64,000 nucleotides of DNA from the NCBI RefSeq assembly GCF_018977255.1, contig NW_024704742.1, positions 31,560,001 to 31,624,000 of the forward strand. Reading direction: 5' to 3'. The position numbers and the translations under genes are program-made. The DNA comes from Callorhinchus milii (lineage: Eukaryota). The stretch's first letter is position 1, and each line of letters begins with the position of its first letter. Under the pieces are notes generated by a model. That model made no database searches. It was given only the letters and a program-made list of their open reading frames with translations, and had not been told where the DNA came from. This document shows, piece after piece, positions 54,153 to 64,000 of the stretch.

Positions 54153-54507
54153 GGAGTCCTGTAGCTCAGTGGTTAGAGCACTCGCCTCGCAAGCGAGAGA
54201 TCTGGGTTCAATTCTCAGGCAGGGCGAAACGTTGGGCAAGTTTTCTTACTCCTGTTTACCTAGCAGTAAGTAGGAACCAGGTTGTTAGACGATTGGTAAA
54301 TCACTTTTCGGGGGTAATAATTCCTTAAAAAATAAGTAGGTCACTCAATCGACGACTGTTTGTGGGACACTGCTATGTGCAATTGGCTGCCGCATTCACC
54401 CACATAATATACAATCAATTCACTTTACAGTATATTCTGTGAAGTGCTTTGAGACGTCTCGAAGACGAGATAAGGTGCTATATCAAATGCAAAGATTATT
54501 ATTATTA
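54153..54507 (+). mobile_element. Full-length CORE-like tRNA SINE (well-preserved copy)
   Basis: ggagtcctgtagctcagtggttagagcactcgcctcgcaagcgagagatctgggttcaattct..acgttgggcaagttttcttac..; tail gagacgtctcgaagacg..atcaaatgcaaag(att)n. Confidence 0.88.
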
Positions 54508-55014
54508 CTTGGCCAACAAGCCTCCAAATAAAACTGGTCAATCACTTCATGGCTAATGAGCATTGTTACAAGTTTTCAAAGGGGAAATCGCAGTATCGGT
54601 TTTAATGGCACAGCAAACATCAATTAAACAACTCTGATTGAGGGAGGGCTGCTTGGTCAGGCTTTTTAAACATATTGGTAAGAACTGGAAAAACCCTTAT
54701 AATTTATAGCCGTTATGTGTCGAAAAATATTATGTGGGAACTGAAAGAGGTTCTAGACCTTTTAGAGGGTAGCAGTGAACAAAGAGTCAAAGCAACAACA
54801 CCTCTAGCTGTAATGGTTATTCTTTTTTGTCCAAGCACTTGTATCAAAGTTGTACTGTAGAATCTACCATCTCTGTGAATACCTGTAGAATTAAAATTTA
54901 GTGGAAAACCGCTGACTGATTCAGTCTTTATAATTACAAAAAAAAGTTGTTGTTGAACCTTTTTGTTTCTCTAATTTGTGAGATGCCTCCGAACCAAGAT
55001 TATTTGGCAGCTTG

Positions 55015-55265
55015 TTTAACCTGATTCAGCAGATCTTTACTTATTTGGAAATAATAAATTTTAATACATAACTGCTGTATATGAATTATATGGGGTTTCC
55101 CAATGTTTTAAAAGGTCACGCTTTTATTATATAACCCCTGTTGCTGGTAAATGTCTCCTTCAGGACAGGGATTAGCGCGGATTTCAAACTGGATTAAGAA
55201 ACGATTAGGCATTTCAAAAATAAAAATAACAAATTAGTCAGTCAGTTCATCAATATTTAAAGAAG
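55015..55265 (+). promoter_or_regulatory. Putative purpurin promoter with CRX/OTX-type sites
   Basis: GGATTA at 55169 and 55191, CGATTA at 55202, MARE-like CTGATTCAGCA at 55021-55031, TATA-like TATTTAAAG at 55254. Confidence 0.6.
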
Positions 55266-55284
55266 TGTGAGCAACCCAGAGAGC

Positions 55285-55378
55285 TGACCAAGCTTACGAA
55301 CAGAAAGACACAAGAGTGATTTACAAGCAATACCAGCTGCTCTTTCCAACAGACTCTTAACTTTCCAGTTTGCAACAG
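55285..55378 (+). other. Probable non-coding exon 1 of purpurin (start approximate)
   Basis: About 30 nt downstream of the TATA-like box; ends CAG|gtaggt; RBP4-family genes have a non-coding first exon. Confidence 0.55.
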
Positions 55379-55788
55379 GTAGGTTTCTGGGAATAGATCC
55401 ATTTGAATTTTTACTGATGATCTCTTTCAATTTTCTAGATCTGCTGCTTATCTGTCTTCAGATTTTACAATGTGCGGAAGTTGCAGAATGTAGAAGTGCT
55501 TTATCTGTAGTTTTTAAAAAAGGAAACTTACAAATATAGTTATTGTGTAACAGGACTGAAACAGATGAACCTACAAGCTGGTAGCATAAGAGAATGTCTG
55601 TATGAACGACATCCGGATTGAAGCACATTTACACAGCAGCACTGCACTTTAATAATAATAATCGTTGCATTTGATATAGCGCCTTATCATGTCATCGAGA
55701 CGTCTCAAAGCACTTCACAGAATATACTGCAAAATGATTTGACTGGGCGAAACAAAATCAAAGTCAAGTATTTCTGTTTTTCTACAGA

Positions 55789-55905
55789 ATGGACTATTCC
55801 AAATTTATCCTTCTGACAGTTCTTGTCGCATTTATTGAGGAATCGCTGGCCATCTCCTGTTTGGTGGATCAATTCAGTGTGAAGGACGGTTTTGATCCCA
55901 AGAGG
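55789..55905 (+). CDS. rbp4l: Purpurin coding exon 1
   Basis: tacag|aATG...AAGAGG|gtatg, 117 coding nt. Confidence 0.92.
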
Positions 55906-58900
55906 GTATGTCACCATGTTTCTCTTTATTTAAAGTCCAAATGCTGGAGATAACTATGGATCTGCATTTATTGTTTATTTTTTTAATTATTTTGTCAGTG
56001 ATAAAGTAAGCCAAGATTATACTGATTATTGTAAACTGTGCTCAGTTATAAACAGAAAACAATTTATATTCTGAATAAATGTAAATTTTTCATCACTTAA
56101 CTGTGAATCTAGAGGTAGCAAAGAGACAGCAGATTTATTGTGAGATGTTTAATATAATAACTCTTGTTGTGTCACATCAATTATGCTGTTTAATCTTTCT
56201 GCTATACTTGTATTCATCTCAGTTTGATCTTTTGTGTTGTCCAGTGTGAAATGCACATTATAATGCTGCCAATTTCTCAGAAGGAAACAACTGATGTTTG
56301 TAGTTTGGTGCTTCTGGGAGAGGTTGTAGTGTGAGCAATTTGGTGTGCAGCTACTTGTTTAAACATAAAGCAGAGATTGAAATGTAACCATTGAACCATA
56401 GACGTTTACAGCACAGAATGAGACCATTCAGTCAATCATGGCTGCACTGCCTCTCTGGAAGAATTATTTGATTAGTCTCATTATCTTGCCTTTTCCTCCA
56501 AATATTTCTCCTTTATCAGATATTTATCTAAATCCCCCTTAAAAACTAAGATAAATTTTGCCTTGACCACCGTCCCCAGAAGGGCATTCCTAATGGTGTA
56601 AAAAAAAATCTCCCAACCTATACCTTTGGTCTTTGGCACTTACTTTAAGTCTATTCCCTTTAGTATATGTAATTTATTGTTGTTATTGACTCAGCATTTG
56701 GTAAAAATAATTTCTCCTCGTTCATGTTGTCAAAAACCCTCAAATTTTAAAAGTAGGCAAAATACTTATGTTTCTAAAACTAAAAAAAGAGCTGACTCTG
56801 TTGATTTGTTTCTGATGTTAGAAATTCACCTGTTAGATGCCTGTGACCAGCTATGTGTGGTTACGTGTGTATACGTGACCTCTGCCTTCTCAGCTTGAAG
56901 AGTCGGTGTGACTGGGCAGTGTAACTATAACTGTCTGGTCTCAGAGTTGCTCCCAATACAGCATTGCATTATGTATCAGAGGTGAAGTGTCAGAAAGGTC
57001 ACATCTGGCAGGCAGTGACTGCCAGACACTATAATCCCTGCAATGGTGGGAAAGACTAAACAAGGGTGACTCGGAATAATATTTTTAGATAAACTAAGGT
57101 AGCAGCCCAAGAGGGAATGGTTAAGACTTCTGAAGAGCAACAGATGAAGAATTAGTTATTTACACAGATGATAAATTACAACAACTGGGATGGGTTGTCA
57201 GAAGAGTGGTTGATGCCAGGACATTGAACCGCTTTAGAATATTGATATTGTAATGAGAAGACAGATGGGTGGATATTCAGGAAGCATGAAATCAAGAGAC
57301 AAAGGATTTTCTTCATCCAAACCTTTCACGTAATAGACTTTGTGCACAGCAACTGAAGAGAAATGTTATATATTCAGGAAAATAGGTTTTGGGTTTGATT
57401 TGTTACATAACCAGAGTTTGTCTATTCCGTTGACTGTAGTATTCTGGAAAGTGGTATGCGTTGTTAAAGAAAGACCCAGAGGGGCTCTTCCTCCAGGACA
57501 ATATCTCAGCTGAGTACTTTGTGGATGATAAAGGCACTATGACAGCTTCTTCAAAGGGAAGAGTGAAACTTTTTGGGTGAGTCATAACTTTAAAATAAAA
57601 AATCACAACCGACCCAGGACAGGCTGTGTTTTTTTCAAATGTGTGGCATTTTATCACGGGTTCTGTGTTATAAGGAAAGCATAATGAAACTGTGCCGATT
57701 TCACCCATATATAGTACACCTTTCTCCACCCAATAGCTTAATTTTAAATGGCGCACAGGGCTAATTCTTTGGTGAATCTAAATGTCAATGGGATCACCTT
57801 GCACCACTATTCAATGGATGAGCATTATGGTTTTCGTTGTGTTTCGATCCTACAACTTGTAAAATTATAGGTGTGTAACATTAGAATTGATTTCTAAAGC
57901 GCAGTTCCTGTTCAGAACTTTAATGTCATTTGACATGCCCATTTGATCGTGATTGTTCACACCAATATTTTTCTTGCTTTATTTACCCCAGGATTTCATT
58001 GATACTTTTCACCTCTTTAGGTTCCACTCTCCCTTTCCTGAGCAACAAATGCATAATTAGAGTGAGGACTGTTATCTAGTAGAATTGGTGAGAATAGTAG
58101 AGCCTGCAAGTGTGAAACCTGAATACTGGGAGCAATTAATTGGTGAGGGAGTGCACACAAAACAAATACACGTCAGGCAGCAAGCCTGGTTATATAGAGG
58201 GAGAGCAAAAGCAACCCGTGACAGTGTTTTTAAGAAAAAGCCTACTTGCTGTGAAATCATCTTTTGAAACTATTGATAATCTTTATGTTCTGCTGTATTA
58301 TTTTCTTTTATTTATTTTACTTACATTCAGTACCATGTATATATAGTTTCTCATCCATAGCAATTTATTAATGAAACTATTATTATTGGAAAACGCTCAA
58401 AGTGGTGAGATTGTTGATATTTTTGGCTTGATTCAATTCGTACTGAGGCCAATTGGAACACCCCAAATGTTGCCGTGGCTAAGATCAGCTAACTCAGCAC
58501 AGTATGGGATTTGAACCTGTGACTTATGATCTGTACGTTCCACTTCTAACTCGGCAGTGTCTTCACCCACCGGGTCCTCAGGGAAGTTAGCTTTAGAAAT
58601 ATTGGCTACAACAGATACCATAGCCTTGCCATTTTATTTGTAGCTAAATAGTTGAACATTTATTGGCAGGTTCTGGGTGATCTGTGCAGATATGTCAGCT
58701 CAATACATAGTACCTGACCCTGGCACGCCAGCCAAGATGGAGATGGCTTACCAGGGACTTGCAAGCTACTTGTCTAGTGGAGGTAAGTGATTTGCAACAT
58801 TTGTGGATTTACATATACATCATTTTTTTTACATTGCATAACAATTTCATGCAAAAATTGATCCATGTAATTCATTATTTAATTCATATTGAATTTAAAT

Positions 58901-61837
58901 CCATTAAAGCCACTACTTCAACTTTTCAACGGTTGGCTTTTCTAGTTTTGCTTTATCCACACATTAATAACAATAATAATCCTTGCATTTGATATAGCGC
59001 TTTTCATGTCTTCTAAACGTCTCAAACGCTTCACAGAATAGACTGTAAAATGAATTAACTGTATACTTTGTGGGCGAAACCTGGCAGCCAATTGCGCACA
59101 GCAGTGTCCCACAAACAGTCGTGGATTGAAGTGACCAATTTATTATTGTTTTTTTTCTTGAGGGATTATTATCGGGCGTGTGGAGTAAGGAAACTTGCCT
59201 AAGGTTTCGCCCTGCCTGGAAATCGAACCCAGGTCTCTCTTGCCAGACGAGTGCTCTAACCACTGAGCTACAGGACTCCTCAGTAACACAGAGATTTGGA
59301 ACGCTCTCCTGCCCCTCCAAAGGAACCCTTTAAACCAAAATGACAAGCATACATGGGATATGGTTAACCTAGCATTAAGTGGAATCATTGGGCACTTCAT
59401 GGATTACTTATAATAATAATCCTTGCATTTGATATAGGATCCTATCACGTTATTGAGATGTCTCAAAGCGCTTCACAGAATATATAATAAAGTGGATTGA
59501 CTCTGCATTTTGTGGGCGAAACACAGCAGCCAATTTTGCGCAGTAATGTCCCACAAACAGTCGTGGAATGAGTGACCAAATTATTATTATTATTTTTTAA
59601 AGGGATTATTATCCCCAGGAAGCGATTCACCAACCGACTAACAATTGTGTTCCTACTTACTGCTAGGTAAACAGGCGTCTGGAGTAAGGAAACTTGCCTA
59701 ACTTTTGGTACTGCCGGGAATCAAACCCAGGTCACATGTATTTCAGTCAAGATACCAAATATTGAGTAATGTTTGGTTTTGCTCTGTGCAGGTGACCAAT
59801 ATTGGGTTATTGACACCGACTATGATAACTATGCCATTACATATGCCTGCCGCAGACTGAAGGATGATGGAACCTGCGATGATGGCTATGCCCTTATCTT
59901 CTCCCGCAACCCACGTGGGCTCCCATCAACCATTCAGCGCATTGTCCGTCAAAAGCAGGAGGACATCTGTCTCTCTGGGCAGTTTGAACCAGTTCTCCAG
60001 TCTGGTGAGTACCACAACATTCAGATCCAATAAAAGAGCGGAGTTGAAGCTCAGTTTACGAAGTAGCTTCTTCTTGAGTAGACTTTGGCACATGAATTAC
60101 TGTACTGTCACGATGATTGACTTTTGCATTACATGAGTTCCAAAGACTGGACAGCACTGAAACTGGCCACTCGGCCTAGTCCATTCCGATATTTATACTG
60201 CACACAAGTCTCCACCCATTCCTTACTCCTTCTAATGCCCTCTCTCATGTGTGAAGGTCTAACTTCATCTTGAATATATCTACACTATCTGATTCAACCA
60301 CCGCTTCAGGCAACAGGTTCCACAATCTCATGACTCTCTATGTAAAGTAGTTCCTCCTAAATTCTTTTTTAGACCCCCTAGTCGCTATCTTAAGTTTGTG
60401 TCCGCTGGGTACGGATTCACCCAACCAGTAGAAATACCCTGTTTATGTCAGCCTTAGTGAACCTTTTTAGAATTTTAAACACTTGTTACGCCGCCTCTTA
60501 AACATTTCTTCTCCAGCAAAAATAGGCCTAACCTTTCCAGTCTATCCTGATAGCAGTAACCTGGTATCATCCTCATAAACCTACTCTGTACTCTTTCACT
60601 CACTACAATATGATTCTCATTCGTGTGGAGACTAGAATTGGATGCAGCATTCCTAACCAGGTTTTTGTATAAATTCAATATCACCTCCTCACTTTTATAT
60701 TCTATCCCTCTGGATATGAAGCCCAAGACCCCATTGGCTTTTTTATATCCTTATTGTCTACCTGTGTAGCTACTTTTAAGAACATAGGAACAGGAAGAGG
60801 CCATTTGGCCCATCGGCTATCCCATCATTTTCCAAGATCTTGGCTGATCTGCAACTCAACTGCATCTCCCCACCCTCTCTCCAAATCCCTGGACACCCTT
60901 GTCTCTTAAACAAACATCTATTTGCCTTTTAAATTTTTCAATTGACTCTGCCTGCTCTCTGGTTTAAGCGTTAAGTCTAAGACTATGGCCTCTAGTCCTC
61001 AATTCTCCCACCAGAGGAAAGAGCTTTTCAGCCTGTTAAAAGCCTTTATAATTTTTCAATTGACTCTACCACCACTGCCCATTGTGGGAGTGAATTCCAC
61101 ACTCCCACCTCAGTTACACACCTGAATCAAATCACTCCTCAATCTCCTGAATTTGAGAGAATACAATCTAATGTTTTACTTCCTTTCATCATAATTTAGG
61201 CCCTTGACACCACAAATCATTCTAGCAAATCAACACTGCACACTCTCTAAGGCCAATCTATCATATCAATACACCTGATAATAATTCAAGAAAAAAACAA
61301 CAAAAAAAAATTACTTAATCCACGACTGTGGGACAGTGCTGTGCGCAATTGCCTGCCATGTTTCACCCACAAAAATACAGTCAATTCACGTTACAGTATA
61401 TTCTGTGAAGTGCTTTGAGTCATCTCGAAGACATGAAAAGTGCTATATCAAATGCAAGGATTATTATTATTATTGTCATTCCTAGTTGTTGGTACTCAAA
61501 ATTGAGCACAAGTGAATTACTTCGCATTTTCCTACATTTGCCATCTGTCCACCCATTCTGCTAATCCGCATTCCTCTGCAGTCCCTTTCTCTGTGTATCA
61601 TGTCTCCCAGTTTGGTGTCATCTGAAAAATTTGACACCACAACTGTATCTGAAGGCCAGCAGAGGCAAAGGACAAAACCATCAGTTCTTCAGATGGCTTT
61701 GTAGAATTGTTTAAAGACAGGTGGAAAGAACTAAGATTGTTAACCAATAACAAATTTTAGTGTTTAAAAACAATTTCCCCCATGACTGTATCTTAGTTGA
61801 GCTCTCATTCATTCCTGTTTCAGGTGCCTGCCCTTAA
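55789..61837 (+). CDS. rbp4l: Purpurin (retinal RBP4-like lipocalin); 5 coding exons, 594 nt, 197 aa with signal peptide
   Basis: [132 protein letters not shown]. GxWY and TDY lipocalin motifs, six Cys. [13 protein letters not shown] and QFxPVLQSGAC are purpurin-type rather than RBP4-type. Confidence 0.93.
57440..57576 (+). CDS. rbp4l: Purpurin coding exon 2
   Basis: tgtag|TAT...TTTGG|gtgag, 137 nt. Confidence 0.94.
58670..58782 (+). CDS. rbp4l: Purpurin coding exon 3
   Basis: ggcag|GTTC...GGAG|gtaag, 113 nt. Confidence 0.94.
58970..59279 (-). mobile_element. CORE-like SINE, short-deletion variant
   Basis: Close match to 24993-25323. Confidence 0.85.
59405..59733 (-). mobile_element. CORE-like SINE (long form)
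   Basis: Contains cctacttactgctaggtaaacag; (aat)n tail at left. Confidence 0.8.
59792..60004 (+). CDS. rbp4l: Purpurin coding exon 4
   Basis: tgcag|GTGAC...TCTG|gtgag, 213 nt. Confidence 0.95.
60140..61260 (-). mobile_element. Stacked CR1 LINE 3' fragments
   Basis: ORF 60475..60726 reads [55 protein letters not shown]; a second terminus aagaacataggaacagga at 60778. Confidence 0.85.
61824..61837 (+). CDS. rbp4l: Purpurin last coding exon (GACP*)
   Basis: tttcag|GTGCCTGCCCTTAA; supplies the sixth Cys. Confidence 0.85.
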
Positions 61838-62225
61838 AGTGGCACTAACAAGAGGTGCTATTTATTTGAAGATGGAATGGAGAGTTTCAGCACAGAAGAA
61901 CACCACAAGGATTGTAACTCCAAGCGCAACAATGTTGTAGGTCTTTTAAATTTCTTGGTCAAAAGTATTTATCACCAATCTACAGCCACATTACAATTAT
62001 TTCAACTTTGCTGTAGTTATTTCTTATCAATAATGAATATGGTAAACATTTATATTAATGAGCAGATTTGCTGAAGATTTGCTGCCATGAAATATCAAAG
62101 ATTGTGTGCTGGCAAAATTAAAGGACACTACAACATGGTATTTTAAATTGTAACCAAAAACGAGATTGTGTTCAGAAAAAAAATGTGTTGAAATCAAAAT
62201 CCTATTTATTCCAATATAACAGTGT

Positions 62226-62241
62226 AATAAAACAAAATAAA
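62226..62241 (+). terminator. Purpurin polyadenylation signals (tandem AATAAA)
   Basis: AATAAA at 62226 and 62236, at the end of an AT-rich, repeat-free 3'UTR. Confidence 0.65.
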
Positions 62242-62634
62242 TTCAAAATGACATTGGTTATGAAATGCAATATTTTTATCCACACCAATTGTAGATTTGA
62301 ATCTGCAGGATCACGAGATTGGTTCAGCTGAAGAAAGCCCTTCGGCCCATTGGATTTCACGTTGCGTGTCCAATCCTACATCTGGGGGAGGAGTAAGGTC
62401 TCAGGAGATAAGGCGAGACAGTTGATGCTGCTGCTCACTAAAATGGCTTGGACCCTAATGAGCAGCCTTAATTAGGGAGTACACAGTCTGAAGAAGTGCG
62501 GACAATTGAGGACCTCTATTATTGAAAGAAAATGATCTGATCACAGTACAGGGAAACTCGGTAGATAATTCCTACAAATATACATGTGTATGTGCACCAA
62601 CATGTGTATGGCAGGGGTACCTTACATGTTTGGG

Positions 62635-62968
62635 ATACCCTACCTCTCTGACCTCCTCACTCCCCAACTCACCACTGGGGCCTCCACTCGACTGGCACCA
62701 GGCTCTTGCTTGTCCCTCGCACCCTCCACTCTACCATCGGAGGTCACGCTTTCAGCGACTATGTCCCAAAACTCTGGAACATTTTCCCTCAATCCCTCCG
62801 CCTTGCCCCCTCTCTCCCCTTTTTCAAGTCCTGCCTGAAAACCTTCCTTTTCGACCATGCTCATGGTCACCTCCCCACCCTGGGCTTGGAGTCAGGCTCC
62901 GCCAATGTGATGCACTCTGAGATGCTACCCTGCGTGGAGGGCGCTATGCAAGTGCAAGTTGTGTTGTT
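62635..62968 (+). mobile_element. L2 3' fragment
   Basis: PYLSDLL..STIGGHAFS..PKLWN..FKSCLKTFLFD and L2 tail. Confidence 0.85.
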
Positions 62969-63301
62969 TTGGCGAATTAGATATTTGCATCAGTTAAATT
63001 TGTATTGCTAATGCCTTTAACTTCAGTGACAACCAGTCTTTTTTGGATTTTCTTTGCCAAACTATCTTTTAAAATCTAGCACAGTTTGCAAGCTTCCATA
63101 TAAAATGTATTGACTGTAAAATACAATTCAAATATTTGTACAAAAGGACAACTTCAAAATAAGGAATATTTTACATTTGCTGTTAAAATGTTTTATGATT
63201 TTGACCATTTGAGTTCTCCTTTAATACATACACACAAAACTATTATTTTCTGAGTCCATCATCGTCATTACAAATATTTTGATTAGAATTTAAAAAAAGA
63301 T

Positions 63302-63396
63302 TTATTCAATATATTTAACAGGGTTTGAATACCCTCCAGTCTTGCCCCAGTAATCCACTGCACGAACTCGGTAGAAACCAGATACTTGTGATCGTT
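63302..63396 (-). CDS. IDUA: Alpha-L-iduronidase, last coding exon; rest of the gene is beyond the window end
   Basis: gacag|AA CGA TCA..: RSQVSGFYRVRAVDYWGKTGGYSNPVKYIE* versus human [28 protein letters not shown]. IDUA lies near PDE6B and ATP5ME on human 4p16.3. Confidence 0.88.
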
Positions 63397-63619
63397 CTGT
63401 CAAAGAAACAAGATCAAGCTCTTGGTCAATTAAAAATTAAAGCTTTTTTTAATTGCTTAAAAAACAGAAAGAGATTTATATAGCATGTACAGCATGAAAC
63501 AGACCATTGACCCAACTAGTCCATGCTAACTCTAACTACTGTTTATACTCCTCCACATGAATAGATAAGAGCGCACAGGATTTAGGATATACACCGATAA
63601 GTATTTCTTATTTCTTATC

Positions 63620-63805
63620 AACAGTGGTCGAGGCAGAATCCACTTTTGTTTTCAAAAGGGAAATAGTTAAAGGAGTCATCAAGTACAGGGGTATGGGGAA
63701 AGGGCAGTTAAATGGATTGCAATGAAAGGATTGCTCTTAAAGGTGCCAACAAAGACACAATGGGCCGAATAGCCTTCTGTGCCATAATTGTCTATGATTC
63801 CATAG
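63620..63805 (+). mobile_element. CR1 LINE 3' end
   Basis: gtggtcgaggcagaatcc..ttcaaaaggga..atgggccgaatagcct..tctatgattcc. Confidence 0.75.
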
Positions 63806-64000
63806 GTTGAAGAGCCTTCTTCATTCGAATAATTTGGGAATTTATTTTTTACACTAAGTTTGTTATCTGAGCTCGAGCAGTAGAATCTCGTGTGAAGGAT
63901 ATTCTTCTGGAATCTGAGAACATACACTTCTCTATCAGGAAAGCTACAATTTATGCCAAGCTACACATGGGCCTCATTGCCTCATACTTTTATCAATGAA

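Noticed and set aside
54153..54225. tRNA-like sequences at SINE heads (also 22117, 31180, 59279) as tRNA genes
   Set aside because: No proper acceptor stem; each continues into the same SINE body and (ATT)n tail.
55789..61837. Calling the lipocalin RBP4
   Set aside because: Sequence matches purpurin motifs ([38 protein letters not shown]), not RBP4 (YWGVASFL, GNDDHW).

Overview
Vertebrate genomic DNA, probably from a cartilaginous fish (inferred from the L2/CR1/Deu-SINE repeat landscape and an intact purpurin gene; not proven). Gene order: the last three coding exons of ATP5ME (+, 2495-3813); a complete 22-exon rod cGMP phosphodiesterase beta gene PDE6B (-, 41876-11387, 857 aa); a cluster of intron-containing tRNA-Tyr(GTA) genes and pseudogenes plus a tRNA-Ala(AGC) relic (44.6-51.2 kb); a complete purpurin / RBP4-like lipocalin gene (+, 55789-61837, 197 aa) head-to-head with PDE6B; and the last exon of IDUA (-, 63302-63396). 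Introns and intergenic DNA are dense in L2 and CR1 LINE fragments, two tRNA-derived SINE families that share an L2-like 3' tail, and small TA-flanked MITEs. Most supplied ORFs are spurious or repeat-derived. I found no clearly new biological system. The most interesting points are the PDE6B-purpurin divergent pair (mirroring PDE6C-RBP4) split by an inward-facing tRNA cluster, a predicted farnesyl-type CaaX on PDE6B, and a modular CORE-like/Deu SINE pair. All coordinates were read by hand; repeat boundaries are approximate.
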